Assembly: GCA_963748815.1 (NCBI GenBank)
Contig: CAVVKJ010000010.1
Coordinates: forward strand, 544,001-608,000
Reading direction: 5' to 3'
DNA from: an uncultured Gemmatimonadales bacterium
Lineage (GTDB): Bacteria; Gemmatimonadota; Gemmatimonadetes; Gemmatimonadales; GWC2-71-9
DNA length: 64,000 bases
Part shown: positions 20,047-30,786 of the stretch, in pieces
Layout: the number at the start of each line of letters is the position of its first letter
Position numbering within the stretch: position 1 is the stretch's first letter
Translations under genes and position numbers: made by a program
Notes under the pieces: generated by a model
Seen by the model: the letters and a program-made list of their open reading frames with translations, nothing else
Database searches by the model: none
What the model was told of the DNA's origin: nothing

Positions 20047-21135
20047 CTACCCCAAAAGCGTCAAAAGATGCGACACGATGTCGCTCGCAGCAGCCGGTCG
20101 GCCCCGGGCCAGAGCCGCGGCCGACATCCTGGCCCTGCGGGCCGGGTCGCCGATCAACCCCGATATCGCCAGCCCCAGGGTGTCGGCCGTCAGGTCCTTC
20201 TGGAGGAGGACGGCGGAGGCCCCCGATGCCTCGAGGGCCCGAGCATTGGCGGTCTGGTGGTCGGCGGCCGCCGTCGGGAGTGGAATGAGGAGGCTGGGGA
20301 GGCCCCAGGCGCAAATCTCGGCGCACGTCATCATCCCCGCCCTGCCGATCACCAAGTCCGCCACGGCAAAGGCGTCAGCGATCGGGTCGAGAAAGTCGAA
20401 GAGCTGCAGGTTGGGCGGCTGCCGAAGCGACTCGAATCGACTGAAGGATCCCCTGCCGGTGGCCCACAGCACCTGGATTCCGGCTCCGCCGCCGCCGGAC
20501 AGCCACGCTGCGGTGGCCTCGTTAATGGCCACCGCCCCCTGGCTCCCGCCCGTGACGAGCACCACCGGTCGGTCTCCGGAGAGCGCGAACCGCTGGCGTG
20601 CCGCGGCCGCGCGACCTGTATCGGGGGGAGTGATCGGGTTGCCGGTGTCGTGGACAACGGTGCCCCGCCCGATCCGGAGGTGGCGTTCGGCCTCGGGAGC
20701 TCCGAGGTAGATGTGGCGCACCCGCCGGCTCAGCAGTCGGGTGGCGAGCCCGGGGAAGGCGTTCTGTTCCTGGATGGCCGTCGGGATGCCCCGGCGTGCC
20801 GCGACGTACACCACCGGGGCGGAGGCGTACCCGCCGGTGCCGAGGACGGCCACCGGACGCTCCTCATCGAGGAGCCGACCGACCGAACGGAGCAATCCAC
20901 CGGCAACGAAGGGCCAGCGCCAGTTCTTCCACCACTGCCGGCGATAGAGCGGCTCGGCGGGGAGCAGGACGTGTCGGAACTCCCGGGTGGGGAGCAGGGT
21001 CCGTTCGATGCCGCGTTCCGCGCCGACCAGCACCGGCTCGAGATTCGGGCGCTGACGGCGGAGCTCGGCAGCGAGCGCCAGCGCGGGCATCAGATGCCCA
21101 CCGGTGCCTCCGCCGGCGATGAGCACGGTCCTCAT
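20047..21135 (-). CDS. murG: Lipid I GlcNAc transferase MurG
   Basis: GGGTGGH, GTGGY, EQN, GGSQGA and HQTANA motifs. ATG at 21135 overlaps the ftsW stop. Confidence 0.96.
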   Translation of the reverse strand: MRTVLIAGGGTGGHLMPALALAAELRRQRPNLEPVLVGAERGIERTLLPTREFRHVLLPAEPLYRRQWWKNWRWPFVAGGLLRSVGRLLDEERPVAVLGTGGYASAPVVYVAARRGIPTAIQEQNAFPGLATRLLSRRVRHIYLGAPEAERHLRIGRGTVVHDTGNPITPPDTGRAAAARQRFALSGDRPVVLVTGGSQGAVAINEATAAWLSGGGGAGIQVLWATGRGSFSRFESLRQPPNLQLFDFLDPIADAFAVADLVIGRAGMMTCAEICAWGLPSLLIPLPTAAADHQTANARALEASGASAVLLQKDLTADTLGLAISGLIGDPARRARMSAAALARGRPAAASDIVSHLLTLLG

Positions 21136-22277
21136 TCGGCGGTGCTCTGCCGGGCCGGGCGCCCGCGCATGCGGCCCACATTGATGAGGATGCCGGTCGC
21201 GACCAGCGACATGACGAGGCTCGACCGCCCGTAGGACATGAAAGGCAAGGTCAGCCCGGTCGTGGGCATGAGCGCCAGGGAGACGGCCATGTGCATCACC
21301 GCGGTCATGCCGATCATCGCGGTGATGCCGACAGCGAGAAACTGTCCAAAGGGATCCGGCGCGCTCCGGGCAATGCGCATGCCCAGCCAGAGGAAGAGCC
21401 CGAACAGGACCGCCACGAGCACGACGCCGACGAAGCCCCATTCTTCGCCGATGGTGCTGAAGATGAAGTCCGAGTAGGCGTACGGGAGGAAGAGCTTCTG
21501 TTGCCCTTCGCCGAAGCCGACGCCGAGCAGTCGGCCTGACCCGATCCCGACGAGCGACTGGTGGATCTGCATCCCGGCGGCGTCGGTCGCCTCGCCGGGA
21601 TTGAGGAAGGTGGTGAGGCGCGCGGCGCGATACTGGACGTTCTGAATCTTCTCGAAGAGGAGGATCAGACCCGCGAAGCCGAGCAGGATGAAATGCCCGA
21701 TCTTGGCGCCGGCCGAGAAGAGGACGATCAAGCCGAGGAGCGCAACCAGCGTCGCCATGGAGAGGTTGGGTTGGCCGAGGATGAGAAGCGACACGACACC
21801 GATCCCGACCAGGAAGGGCATCACCCCTTTCTTGAACTCCCGCACCTGCGTCCCCTTCTTGGCCGCCAGCGCCGCACACCAGACGATGATGGCGAGCCGC
21901 GCGATTTCCGAGGGCTGGAAATTCAGCGGACCGATGTCCACCCACCGGCGCGCCCCGTTGATCCTGGGCGCGATCGACTCGGTACCGGGAAGCAGCGGGA
22001 TGAGCAGCACGGCGATCGTGGCGAAGAGGAGCGGCCAGGCGAGCCGGCGCCAGAGGTGATAGTCGATGCGGGAAACGATGCTCAGGCCGAGGAGCCCGAG
22101 CAGGGCTCCGACGAACTGACGGAGCGCAAACCCCGCCCCACCGCCGCCCGCAGTCTGGAGGCTCAGCGCCCCGTACGTATTGGCAATGCCGAAGACCACC
22201 ATCGTGGCCGTCACCACCGTCAGGAGACGGGTCTCCCAGCGCAACTCGCCCGGGTGCCGCGCGACCGGCGCGCTCAC
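21132..22277 (-). CDS. ftsW: SEDS peptidoglycan polymerase FtsW
   Basis: NGARRW, FQPSE, QPNL, DFIFSTIGEEWG and PFMSYG motifs. GTG at 22277 overlaps the murD stop. Confidence 0.93.
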   Translation of the reverse strand: MSAPVARHPGELRWETRLLTVVTATMVVFGIANTYGALSLQTAGGGGAGFALRQFVGALLGLLGLSIVSRIDYHLWRRLAWPLLFATIAVLLIPLLPGTESIAPRINGARRWVDIGPLNFQPSEIARLAIIVWCAALAAKKGTQVREFKKGVMPFLVGIGVVSLLILGQPNLSMATLVALLGLIVLFSAGAKIGHFILLGFAGLILLFEKIQNVQYRAARLTTFLNPGEATDAAGMQIHQSLVGIGSGRLLGVGFGEGQQKLFLPYAYSDFIFSTIGEEWGFVGVVLVAVLFGLFLWLGMRIARSAPDPFGQFLAVGITAMIGMTAVMHMAVSLALMPTTGLTLPFMSYGRSSLVMSLVATGILINVGRMRGRPARQSTAE

Positions 22278-23624
22278 AGCGCCTCCACCGCCGCCCGGAA
22301 GTCCGCGCCGCGCTGTTCGTAGTTCCGGAACATGTCGTAGCTGGAGCACGCCGGCGAGAGAAGGACCGCGTCGCCTGGCTCCACCAGCCCCCGCGCGGTG
22401 GCGAGCACCTCCGCAAAGGCGCCCGCGCGGACCACGCGGATGGCCCCGCCGAGATCCGCCTCCACCATCGGCGCGGCTTCGCCATACGCCACGACCGCCC
22501 GGCACCCTCCGGCGAGGAGCGGCGCCAGCCGGGTGTACGGCTCGCCCTTGTGCCTCCCCCCGAGGAGGAGGACGTACCGCCGGTCGAGCGCGCTCAGCGC
22601 CACCTCCGTCGAGGCGATGTTCGTGGCCTTGCTGTCGTTGATCCAGAGCACGCCGTCGACCTCGCGAATCGGTTCCAGGCGGTGGGGAAGCGCACGGAAC
22701 GAGCGAAGCCCCTCGGCCACCGCCTCCAGGCGTACGCCGGCCATCCGGACCGCGAGCGCGGCCGCCAGGGCATTCGCCACGTTGTGGTCGCCCAGGAGGA
22801 GCAGTTCCCGGCGCGCCAGGATCGGCACATCGTCGAGCATCAGCTGGTCCGCGCCGCGGTCGTACCAGGCGTCGGCGTGTCCGCGGACAGAAAAGCGCTG
22901 GTGCGTGCCCGGGGCGCCCCCGGCCATGCGCTGGACTTCCGGGTCGTCGGCGTTGGTGATCCAGGTCGAGCCGGGCGTGGCATTGCGGAAGAGCAGCGCC
23001 TTGTCGGCGTAGTACTCCGCCAGCGTGGCGTAGCGGTCGAGGTGGTCGGGGGCGAGGTTGGTCAGCACGCCGGCCGTCGGCGCGAGGCTCGGCATGTCGT
23101 GCAACTGAAAGGACGAGAGCTCGACGGCCAGCCACTCCGGGGGCGCGGCCTCGAGCGCGACGGCCGACAGCGGCAGGCCGATGTTGCCGGCCGAGACCGC
23201 ACGGAGACCGCCGGCCAAGCAGCAGGTGCGCCGTCAACGCGGTCGTGGTCGTCTTGCCGTTCGTGCCCGTGATGGCGAGCACCCGTGCGTGAGGCAGGCA
23301 GCGAAGCCCGACCTCCGCCTCCGCAAGCACCGTCACCCCGGCCGCCCGCGCCGCCATTAGCGGCGCAGCGTCCGGCGGGACACCAGGCGAGACCACCGCG
23401 GCGGCCGCGCGGCCAATGCGCCCCAGGTCGTGACCGCCGACCTCGGCGTCGACCCCGAGACCACGCAGGACGGCCGCCTGGGCGTCGAGCCCCACGCCGC
23501 TCCCGCCGTCGGAGGCATACACCGCGATCCCGTGGTGGCGCAGCAGCCGGGCCGCGGCGCCACCGCTCTTGCCGAGCCCGATGACCGCCACCTCCAGCCC
23601 GGGGCCGCGCCACTCCGGGAACAT
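22274..23624 (-). CDS. murD: UDP-MurNAc-L-Ala--D-Glu ligase (split by a +1 frameshift near 23217)
   Basis: The N-part (GLGKSG, SPGVP, GTNGKTTT) and C-part (GNIG, ELSSFQL, DHLDRY, NDSKATN, SPACSSYD) are in different frames. The span is 1351 nt (3n+1). Confidence 0.93.
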
Positions 23625-24751
23625 CAGCGCACCTTCAGCGTGGCCAGCGCCACCAGCGCGCAGAGGATGCCGAGGATCCAGAAACGGGTGACGACGGTGG
23701 TTTCGGCCCAGCCGTGCTTCTCGAAGTGATGATGGAGCGGCGCCATCCGGAACACCTTGTGGGCGTCGGCATATTCCCGCCCGCGCGTCCGCTTGAACCA
23801 CTTGTAGACCGACGTCTGCAGCATGACCGAGACCGCCTCGGCCACGAAGACGCCGCCGATGAGCACGAGCAGGAATTCGGCCTTGAGCAGGATGGCGACG
23901 GTACCAAACGCCCCGCCGATGGCGAGGCTGCCGGTGTCGCCCATGAAGACTTCCGCCGGATGGGAATTGAACCAGAGGAATCCGAGCGCGGCGCCCATCA
24001 GGGCCGCGCAGAAGACCGCCAGCTCCCCCGCCCCCGGCAGGTAGATGAGGTTGAGGTAGGAGGTGAAGTCCACCCGCCCGAAGAGATAGGCAAAGGCCGC
24101 GAACGCCGCCGCCGCGATGGCCGTGAGCCCCGTGGCCAGGCCGTCCAGCCCGTCCGTCAGGTTGACGGCGTTGCTCCAGGCCGTGATCACGAAGACGACG
24201 AAGGCGACGAACAGGAGCGGGGCGAAGTTGACGACCAGGTACTTGAAAAACGGGACCGTGGTGGCAGTCGCCGGGATGATGGTGGCGGGCACCACCGGGA
24301 AGAACAGCAGGTACAGCCCGAGCGCCAGGCCGAAGGTGCACTGCCCCGCCAGCTTCCACTTGGCCACCAGCCCGCGCGACTTCCCCTGCACAATCTTCAG
24401 GTAGTCATCGAGGAAGCCGATCGCCCCCATCCAGACCGTGGCGAGCATCGCCACCACCACCATCCGGTTGTCAATGCGCGCCCAGAGCAGCGTCGGCAGG
24501 ATGGTCGCGAGGATGATGACCAGGCCGCCCATCGTCGGGGTCCCGCGCTTTCCCTGGTGGCTCGCCGGCCCCTCGGCACGGATCACCTGCCCGATCTTGT
24601 GCGCACGGAGCCGGCGGATGACCGCGGGGCCCACGATGAAGGACAGGATCAGCGCCGTCACCCCGGCGCCGGTCGCGCGGAAGGCGATGTAGTTGAACAG
24701 GTTGAACAGGATGAACTGCTTGCCGAGCGGGGCCAGCCAGAAGTAGAACAT
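23624..24751 (-). CDS. mraY: Phospho-MurNAc-pentapeptide transferase
   Basis: GTPTMGG, DDYLK, NAVNLTDGLDGL, FMGDTGS and APLHHHFE motifs. Confidence 0.97.
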   Translation of the reverse strand: MFYFWLAPLGKQFILFNLFNYIAFRATGAGVTALILSFIVGPAVIRRLRAHKIGQVIRAEGPASHQGKRGTPTMGGLVIILATILPTLLWARIDNRMVVVAMLATVWMGAIGFLDDYLKIVQGKSRGLVAKWKLAGQCTFGLALGLYLLFFPVVPATIIPATATTVPFFKYLVVNFAPLLFVAFVVFVITAWSNAVNLTDGLDGLATGLTAIAAAAFAAFAYLFGRVDFTSYLNLIYLPGAGELAVFCAALMGAALGFLWFNSHPAEVFMGDTGSLAIGGAFGTVAILLKAEFLLVLIGGVFVAEAVSVMLQTSVYKWFKRTRGREYADAHKVFRMAPLHHHFEKHGWAETTVVTRFWILGILCALVALATLKVR

Positions 24752-24757
24752 CGCGCC

Positions 24758-26110
24758 TCAGGATCCGTGGGCTGCTCGCGGGGTGAGCAGGGGAATTATA
24801 CGCTCAAGGGCGACGCCGCGGGACGCCTTCAGGACCACCAGCTCCGACCCGTCAAGCTTCGGGGCCAGTTGCCGGCCGAGCGACATCACGTCGTCGGCCA
24901 GGAGAAGCCGTGAACCGAGCTCGGCGCGGAAGCCCTCCAGCGCCGGGACGAAGTCGCCCACGGCGGCGAGCAGGTCAGGCCCGAGGGCGACGAGGTCGCG
25001 CGCCACCGCCTCGTGCAGCGCCGCCGACGCCTCCCCAAGCTCGCGCATCGACCCCGCCACGAAGACGAGCCGGCGGGTCGATCGCATTGCCGCGGCCGTA
25101 GCGATGGCGGCGCGGAAAGAGAGGGGGTTGGCGTTGTAGCAATCGTTCAGGATCGTCAGCGAACCGACGTCGACCACCTGCCCCCGTCCCCCCGGCACCT
25201 CCAGCCGTTCGAGCGCGCGGGCGACGGCCCTCGGATCGAGACCGAGGTGAATTGCCACGCCCCAGGCCAGCATGGCGTTGGCCGCCAGGTGGCGGCCGGG
25301 AAGCGGGAGGGTGAAGCGGGCCTGGTCGGTCACGACGGTGGCGCGCCCCGCCCCGTCGAGCGTCACCGATTCCGGCCGGAGTTCCGCCCCCTCGAGACCG
25401 GCGGTGACGACGCGCCGCGCCAGCTTGCGCGCTCCGGCGGTCAGCGCCGGAGGCTCCGTCCCCACCACCGCCAGCGCCACCCCTTCCACCAGGGAGAGCT
25501 TTTCACGCAGTACCCCCTCGATCGACCCGAACCCCTCGAGATGACCGGACGACACGTTCGTCACCACCACGACCGTCGGTTCGATGATCTGCCGGTACCG
25601 GCCGATTTCGCCCGGCACGCTGGCGCCCGCCTCGATGACCAGCGCCTGGGTGTCGGCCGGCGCCTCCAGGATCGTGAGCGGCACGCCGATCAGGTTGTTG
25701 AGATTGGCGCGCGTGGCGTGGACCCGGTAGCGGGTGCCGAGCGCCAGGGCGAGCATTTCTTTGGTGCTCGTCTTCCCGTTGGTGCCGGTCACGGCCACCA
25801 CCGGCCCGGTGATCTGGCGGCGACGGGCGCGCGCCAGCCAGCCCAGCGCCTCGACCGTATCGCCGACCTCGAAGAGCTCGAGTCCCGGCACGGCGGGCGT
25901 GCCCCGGCGAACCACCGCGCCGAGCGCCCCCCGCGCGCACGCCTCGTCGAGGTGTGCGTGACCGTCGAACCGCTCGCCGGCGATCGCCACGAAGAGCGCG
26001 CCCGCCGCGAGCGAGCGACTGTCGGTGGAGACCCCGGTGAAGGTCACGCCGCCGGAGTCGGCCGGAGGAAGGCCGAGAGCCTCCCGCACGGCCGTGCCGG
26101 TCCAGTTCAT
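24758..26110 (-). CDS. murF: UDP-MurNAc-tripeptide--D-Ala-D-Ala ligase
   Basis: TDSR, GERFDGH, GTNGKTSTKE, NNLIGVP, DCYNANP and KASRG motifs. ATG at 26110. Confidence 0.95.
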   Translation of the reverse strand: MNWTGTAVREALGLPPADSGGVTFTGVSTDSRSLAAGALFVAIAGERFDGHAHLDEACARGALGAVVRRGTPAVPGLELFEVGDTVEALGWLARARRRQITGPVVAVTGTNGKTSTKEMLALALGTRYRVHATRANLNNLIGVPLTILEAPADTQALVIEAGASVPGEIGRYRQIIEPTVVVVTNVSSGHLEGFGSIEGVLREKLSLVEGVALAVVGTEPPALTAGARKLARRVVTAGLEGAELRPESVTLDGAGRATVVTDQARFTLPLPGRHLAANAMLAWGVAIHLGLDPRAVARALERLEVPGGRGQVVDVGSLTILNDCYNANPLSFRAAIATAAAMRSTRRLVFVAGSMRELGEASAALHEAVARDLVALGPDLLAAVGDFVPALEGFRAELGSRLLLADDVMSLGRQLAPKLDGSELVVLKASRGVALERIIPLLTPRAAHGS

Positions 26111-27570
26111 GACCGGCCCGCCAGGGCGGAGCGCACGATGGTCCGTTCGTCGAACGGGTGCTTGGTCTTCCCGATGATCTGGTAGGTCTCGTGCCCCTTC
26201 CCGGCGAGCAACACCGTGTCTCCGGGACCGGCATCGGCCAGCACGCGATGGATGGCGACCTCGCGATCGTCGAACCTGAGGTGGTGCGCGCCCCCCATCC
26301 CGGCCTCCATGTCGTCCATGATGCGCGCCGGATCCTCCGTACGGGGATTGTCCGGCGTGATGGCGACGAGGTCCGCCCCCTCGACCGCAATCCGGGCCAT
26401 CTCGGGGCGCTTCGTCCGGTCCCGGTCGCCGCCGCAGCCGAAAATGAGGATCAGCCGACCGCGGGTGAGCGGGCGCAGCGTGGCGAGCACCCGGGTCATC
26501 GCGTCCGGCGTGTGGGCGTAGTCGCGCAGCACCACCATCGGCGCGTCGGCCAGCCGTTCCATCCGTCCGGGCACCTGGGGCGCCACACCCAGTCGACCCA
26601 CGACCTCGGCGAGTGGTTTGCCGAGCGCCAGCGCGGTGGCGGCCGCGGCCAGCGCGTTGGAGACGTTGAACGAGCCCATGAGCGGGATGCGGACGTCGGC
26701 CCGGCCGAACCGGCCAGTGAGGCGAAAGCTGCTGCCGCCGGCCTCCAGCTGGACTTCCTCGGCGCGCACATCCGCGCCGGCCGATTCTCCGAAGGTCACC
26801 CGCCGCGGAAACGCCGGCAACGCAGCCCACGCCGGATCGTCCGCATTGACGATTTCGAACCCGGCCGGCCCCAACAGCGCGCTGAGCCGCATCTTCGCGG
26901 CGAGGTACGCCTCCATGGTGCGGTGATAGTCGAGATGCTCGTGGGTCAGGTTGGTGAACACGCCGGCCGCGAAGTGGAGTCCGTCAAGCCGGCCCTGGTC
27001 GAGGCTGTGCGAGGAGGTTTCCATCACGATGTGCGTCACGCCGCGGTTCCGGAACTCGGCGAACGTCGCGTGCAGGTCGACCGGGCCGGGCGTGGTCAGG
27101 CTGCCCGCCGTCGAGGGGACCCGTTCTCCCGCCCCGTCGAAGGCGCCGAGCGTGCCGATGCTCCCCGCGGTTCCGTCGGCATTGAAGAGGTGGCGGACCA
27201 GGCCCGTGGTCGTGGTCTTGCCGTTCGTCCCGGTGATGCCGACGAGAGTCATGGCAGCGGCAGGGTTGCCGTACCAGGCGCGCGCCGCGACGCTGGCCGC
27301 CTTCCGGCCGTCTGCCACGAGAATCTCTGGGACACCCACCGACACGCTGCGCTCCACCATCACGGCCGAGGCGCCCCGCGCCACGGCCTCACCGGCAAAG
27401 TCGTGCCCGTCGACCGTGGTGCCCCGCACGGCGCAATAGAGCTGTCCGGGGCCCATGGTCCGCGTGTCGACACCGAGCCCGGTAAGGGCGACCCCCTCCG
27501 CCGGCGCGCTGACCAGCTGTCCCTCGCGCCGCAGCGCCGTCAGCAACTCGCTCCAGTCCACCATGGTCAC
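26107..27570 (-). CDS. murE: UDP-MurNAc-dipeptide--meso-DAP ligase
   Basis: GTNGKTTT, TTPG, DYAHTPD, DNPR (DAP specificity motif) and AGKGHE. GTG at 27570 or ATG at 27564. Confidence 0.95.
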   Translation of the reverse strand: MTMVDWSELLTALRREGQLVSAPAEGVALTGLGVDTRTMGPGQLYCAVRGTTVDGHDFAGEAVARGASAVMVERSVSVGVPEILVADGRKAASVAARAWYGNPAAAMTLVGITGTNGKTTTTGLVRHLFNADGTAGSIGTLGAFDGAGERVPSTAGSLTTPGPVDLHATFAEFRNRGVTHIVMETSSHSLDQGRLDGLHFAAGVFTNLTHEHLDYHRTMEAYLAAKMRLSALLGPAGFEIVNADDPAWAALPAFPRRVTFGESAGADVRAEEVQLEAGGSSFRLTGRFGRADVRIPLMGSFNVSNALAAAATALALGKPLAEVVGRLGVAPQVPGRMERLADAPMVVLRDYAHTPDAMTRVLATLRPLTRGRLILIFGCGGDRDRTKRPEMARIAVEGADLVAITPDNPRTEDPARIMDDMEAGMGGAHHLRFDDREVAIHRVLADAGPGDTVLLAGKGHETYQIIGKTKHPFDERTIVRSALAGRS

Positions 27571-29519
27571 TCCACCTGAAGGCGTACAGTTGTGCCCGCC
27601 GCCACCGATGCGCCGGCCGCCGGATTCGACCCGCGCACGATGCCCGCGCTCGACGCCCCGACCTCCAATCCACGTCGGTGAAGCGCCGCGGCGGCGGCGC
27701 GGACCGAGAGTCCGACCACCGCGGGCACGACGATCGGCTCGCTGTCGGCGTTCGTCGGCGGCACGGGCCACGACACCACGACGCGCGGCGGCGTCGGGAG
27801 GCCGGGACGGCCGCGGCGAGGCGTGGGTGCCACCGGGGCCATGGGCTGCCCACCGAGCAGCCGTCCCCGGTCGAACGACACCCGCTTCGACGCGAGCGCC
27901 TGCTCGAGCATCGTCCGGACGACCGGAGCCGCCACGTCTCCGCCGTAGATGCCGCCCATGGTCGGGCTGTCGATCTTCACGACCACGATCAGCTGCGGGT
28001 CGTCCGCCGGAAACATCGACGCAAACGACGCCACGTACTCGTCCACGTACTTCCCGTCCCGGAGGCGGCGGGCGGTGCCCGTCTTCCCGAGCACGCCATA
28101 GCTCCCGACCTGTGCCCTGCTCCCGGTGCCTCCCGCCCCGGTGGCCCCGCGGAGGAACTCGCGGAGCTGCGCGGCGACCTCCGGCGAGACCGCCCGCCGG
28201 ACCGGCTCGGGCTGATGCCGGTAGAGCACCGTGCCATCGGGCGCCCGCACTTCGCGGATCAGCGTGGGAGTCAGGAGGATGCCGTCATTGGCGATGGCGG
28301 CGTAGGCGGCGGCCAGCTGGAGCGCAGTCACCTCGAAGTAATATCCCATGGCGACGCTCACCCGGTCATACTCCGGCTGCCATCGTTCCGGCCGGTGCAC
28401 CACCCCGCGGGATTCCGAGGGCAGCTCCACGCCGGTGGGCGCCCCGAAACCGAAGTCCCGGAGCTGCTGGTACTGCTCGACCGGCGTCAGGCGATCCGAC
28501 AGTTTCGCCATGGCCACGTTACTGGACACCTCGATCGCCTGCGCCAGGGTGAGCATGCCGGGCTTGGCGTGCTCGTCGTTGATTTCCCGGATCCGGCCGT
28601 TGGAAAGCGCCATCTTCCAGTGGCCGGCCTCGTTGTCCACGCGGTCGCTGCTGTCCACCCGCTCGAGGGTGAGGAGGGCAGCGGCGGTGAAGAGCTTGGC
28701 GGTGGACCCGGGCTCGAACGGCTCGGTGAACGCCATCAGGTCCGGCCGGCCGTTCTTCTGCGACGCGACCGCCAGGATTTCGCCGGTGCGCGGGTCAAGG
28801 AAGACGACGTCGCCACCCTGCGCGTCGAATTCGGCCACCGTTTCCGCGAGCGCCTGCTCGGCGATGTCCTGCAGCTCGGCGTCGATCGTGAGCACGACAT
28901 CGTTGCCCGGCACCGGGTCCTTCCGCAGGCGCCCCGGGGATTCGTAGCGCCGCCCGCGGCGGTCCTTCAACACCACTTCCTCGCCGGCGGTGCCGGTCAC
29001 GAGCGGGTCGAGCGCCCGCTCCAGACCGGAAGCCGATTCCCCGTCGGCGCCCATGCGCCCGATGACGCGGCCGGCCAGCCGCTGCGACGGGTAGAACCGC
29101 AGGAACACCCCCTCGATGTGCACGCCCTTGAACGCCCGGAGCGGCTCCACGTCGGTGGCGGTGAACGGCCCGTAAAAATAGAGGTAGGGTTTCCGGGCAA
29201 AGTCCCGCTTGAGCGCCGCGGCCGGCACCTCGAGCTGCCGCGCGGCGACGCGCAGGAGCGCCGTCCGCTCCTCGACCTCGTTCGGGGCGATGCCGACCCG
29301 GTAGAACTCCTGGGTGACCGCCATCGGTAGCCCGCCCCTGTCGTACAGCGTCCCGCGCCGTGCCTCGAGGGTCCGCAGTTCCGTCCGGCTCCTCGCGGCT
29401 TCTGCGGCGTACTCCCCGCCCCGGAGGAGTTGCACCTGGGCGGCGCGGCCCACGACGAGGAGCAGGCTCGCGGCGAGCACGACCTGGATGAGCCCGATCC
29501 GGGCCTGGACCCGCGCCAT
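27567..29519 (-). CDS. ftsI: Class B PBP FtsI with C-terminal PASTA-like domain
   Basis: RRGTLYDR, STAK (SxxK), SSN and KTG motifs; C-terminal VPAVVG. Confidence 0.93.
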   Translation of the reverse strand: MARVQARIGLIQVVLAASLLLVVGRAAQVQLLRGGEYAAEAARSRTELRTLEARRGTLYDRGGLPMAVTQEFYRVGIAPNEVEERTALLRVAARQLEVPAAALKRDFARKPYLYFYGPFTATDVEPLRAFKGVHIEGVFLRFYPSQRLAGRVIGRMGADGESASGLERALDPLVTGTAGEEVVLKDRRGRRYESPGRLRKDPVPGNDVVLTIDAELQDIAEQALAETVAEFDAQGGDVVFLDPRTGEILAVASQKNGRPDLMAFTEPFEPGSTAKLFTAAALLTLERVDSSDRVDNEAGHWKMALSNGRIREINDEHAKPGMLTLAQAIEVSSNVAMAKLSDRLTPVEQYQQLRDFGFGAPTGVELPSESRGVVHRPERWQPEYDRVSVAMGYYFEVTALQLAAAYAAIANDGILLTPTLIREVRAPDGTVLYRHQPEPVRRAVSPEVAAQLREFLRGATGAGGTGSRAQVGSYGVLGKTGTARRLRDGKYVDEYVASFASMFPADDPQLIVVVKIDSPTMGGIYGGDVAAPVVRTMLEQALASKRVSFDRGRLLGGQPMAPVAPTPRRGRPGLPTPPRVVVSWPVPPTNADSEPIVVPAVVGLSVRAAAAALHRRGLEVGASSAGIVRGSNPAAGASVAAGTTVRLQVE

Positions 29520-29812
29520 CAGCGGCCTCCTGCGAATGGCGGGAGCGGGAGGGGGGCCTGTTCGGAATCCCGGGGGAAGTGGAGTCCGAGGTCGACGACG
29601 GCCTTCTTCCCGAGCACCGGGCGGCTGGACGCGTCACGGATTCTCCGTTCCAGGTCCGCCTGCCGCGCCTCCAGGTTCGCGCGCTCCTGCCGGAGCGCGG
29701 CGACTCGGCGCGCCATGCGGATGCTCGCCGTCTGCCGCACCTGGACGACCGTCGCGACAAAGAGAAACAGCGCGAGCCAGAGCATGACCCAGTGGCGACC
29801 CTTAAGCGTCAT
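29519..29812 (-). CDS. ftsL: FtsL-like cell division protein
   Basis: Short cytoplasmic tail, TM and coiled coil; located between rsmH and ftsI. ATG at 29812. Confidence 0.7.
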   Translation of the reverse strand: MTLKGRHWVMLWLALFLFVATVVQVRQTASIRMARRVAALRQERANLEARQADLERRIRDASSRPVLGKKAVVDLGLHFPRDSEQAPLPLPPFAGGR

Positions 29813-30710
29813 CAGCGACCTGGAAACCGCGGAGCCTCGCGCTCCGCGCCCGGGGGTTGGCGGCAATTTCGTCGGACGAGGGAAGCACGGACTTCCGCGG
29901 CGCGACCTTTCCGAGCGCCCGTCCGCGACAGGTGCAGATCGGCTGGACGGGCGGACAGATGCATGCGGTGCCCCACTCACGGAACGCGTGCTTGACGAGC
30001 CGATCCTCGCCCGAATGATAACTGATCACCGCGAGGCGCCCGCCTGGGACGAGGCTCTCTCGCATGGCGGGCAGCGCGAGGGCGAGCCCCGGTAGTTCGT
30101 CGTTGACGGCAATCCGCACCGCCTGGAACAGCCGGGCGAAGTCGCCCGGGCCGGAACGGGGGCCCAGCACGCGCCGAATGGCGTTGACGAAGTCGTCGCT
30201 GGTGGCGAACGGCGCCTGTGCCCGGCGCTCGACGACCTCGGCGGCCAGCCGGCGCGCGCGCGGCTCGTCGCCGAATTCCTTGAAGATCCGCGCGAGTGCT
30301 TCGGCCGGGGCCTGGTTCAGCAGGTCGGCGGCGGACTCGCCGGCGCGGGACATTCGCATGTCGAGCGCGGCGCCGCGTCGAAAGGTGAATCCCAGCGCCT
30401 CGTCATCGAGTTGCCGAGACGACACGCCGAGATCCAGCAGGATGAAGTCGGGACGGAATTCGGCGATCGCCTGGAGCGCCTCGGGTGAGGCGTAGGGCGC
30501 CGTGAGGAAACGGACACCGACGTCACCGAGGCGAGCGCGGGCCCGCGCGATGGCGTCGGGATCCCGGTCGATGCCGAGCACGGTGGCGCCGGCGGCGCGC
30601 AACGCCGCGGTGTGCCCACCGTCCCCGAGGGTGCAGTCCACCGCGCGCCGGGCGCCGGCCGCCAGGTCCAGCACGGCGTCGAGCAGCACGGGGAGATGGA
30701 ATTCGGTCAC
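29802..30710 (-). CDS. rsmH: 16S rRNA m4C1402 methyltransferase
   Basis: HLPVLL, DCTLGDGGH, DLGVSS, LDMRM, SYHSGEDR and NPRARSARLR motifs. GTG at 30710. Confidence 0.96.
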   Translation of the reverse strand: MTEFHLPVLLDAVLDLAAGARRAVDCTLGDGGHTAALRAAGATVLGIDRDPDAIARARARLGDVGVRFLTAPYASPEALQAIAEFRPDFILLDLGVSSRQLDDEALGFTFRRGAALDMRMSRAGESAADLLNQAPAEALARIFKEFGDEPRARRLAAEVVERRAQAPFATSDDFVNAIRRVLGPRSGPGDFARLFQAVRIAVNDELPGLALALPAMRESLVPGGRLAVISYHSGEDRLVKHAFREWGTACICPPVQPICTCRGRALGKVAPRKSVLPSSDEIAANPRARSARLRGFQVADDA

Positions 30711-30734
30711 CGGAGGTCCTGGGCGGGAGCGTCC

Positions 30735-30770
30735 AAAGCGAACACCCCGTCCGCCAAGGCGAACGGGGTG
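30735..30770 (-). terminator. Stem-loop downstream of tRNA-Asp
   Basis: Minus strand CACCCCGTTCGCC-TT-GGCGGACGGGGTG followed by TTCGCTTT. Confidence 0.6.
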
Positions 30771-30786
30771 CCGGGTGTTCTGGGAG

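Noticed and set aside
21132..24359. 1075-aa ORF resembling a MurD-FtsW fusion
   Set aside because: This is an artefact of the murD frameshift plus an open off-frame stretch over mraY. ftsW has its own GTG overlapping the true murD stop.
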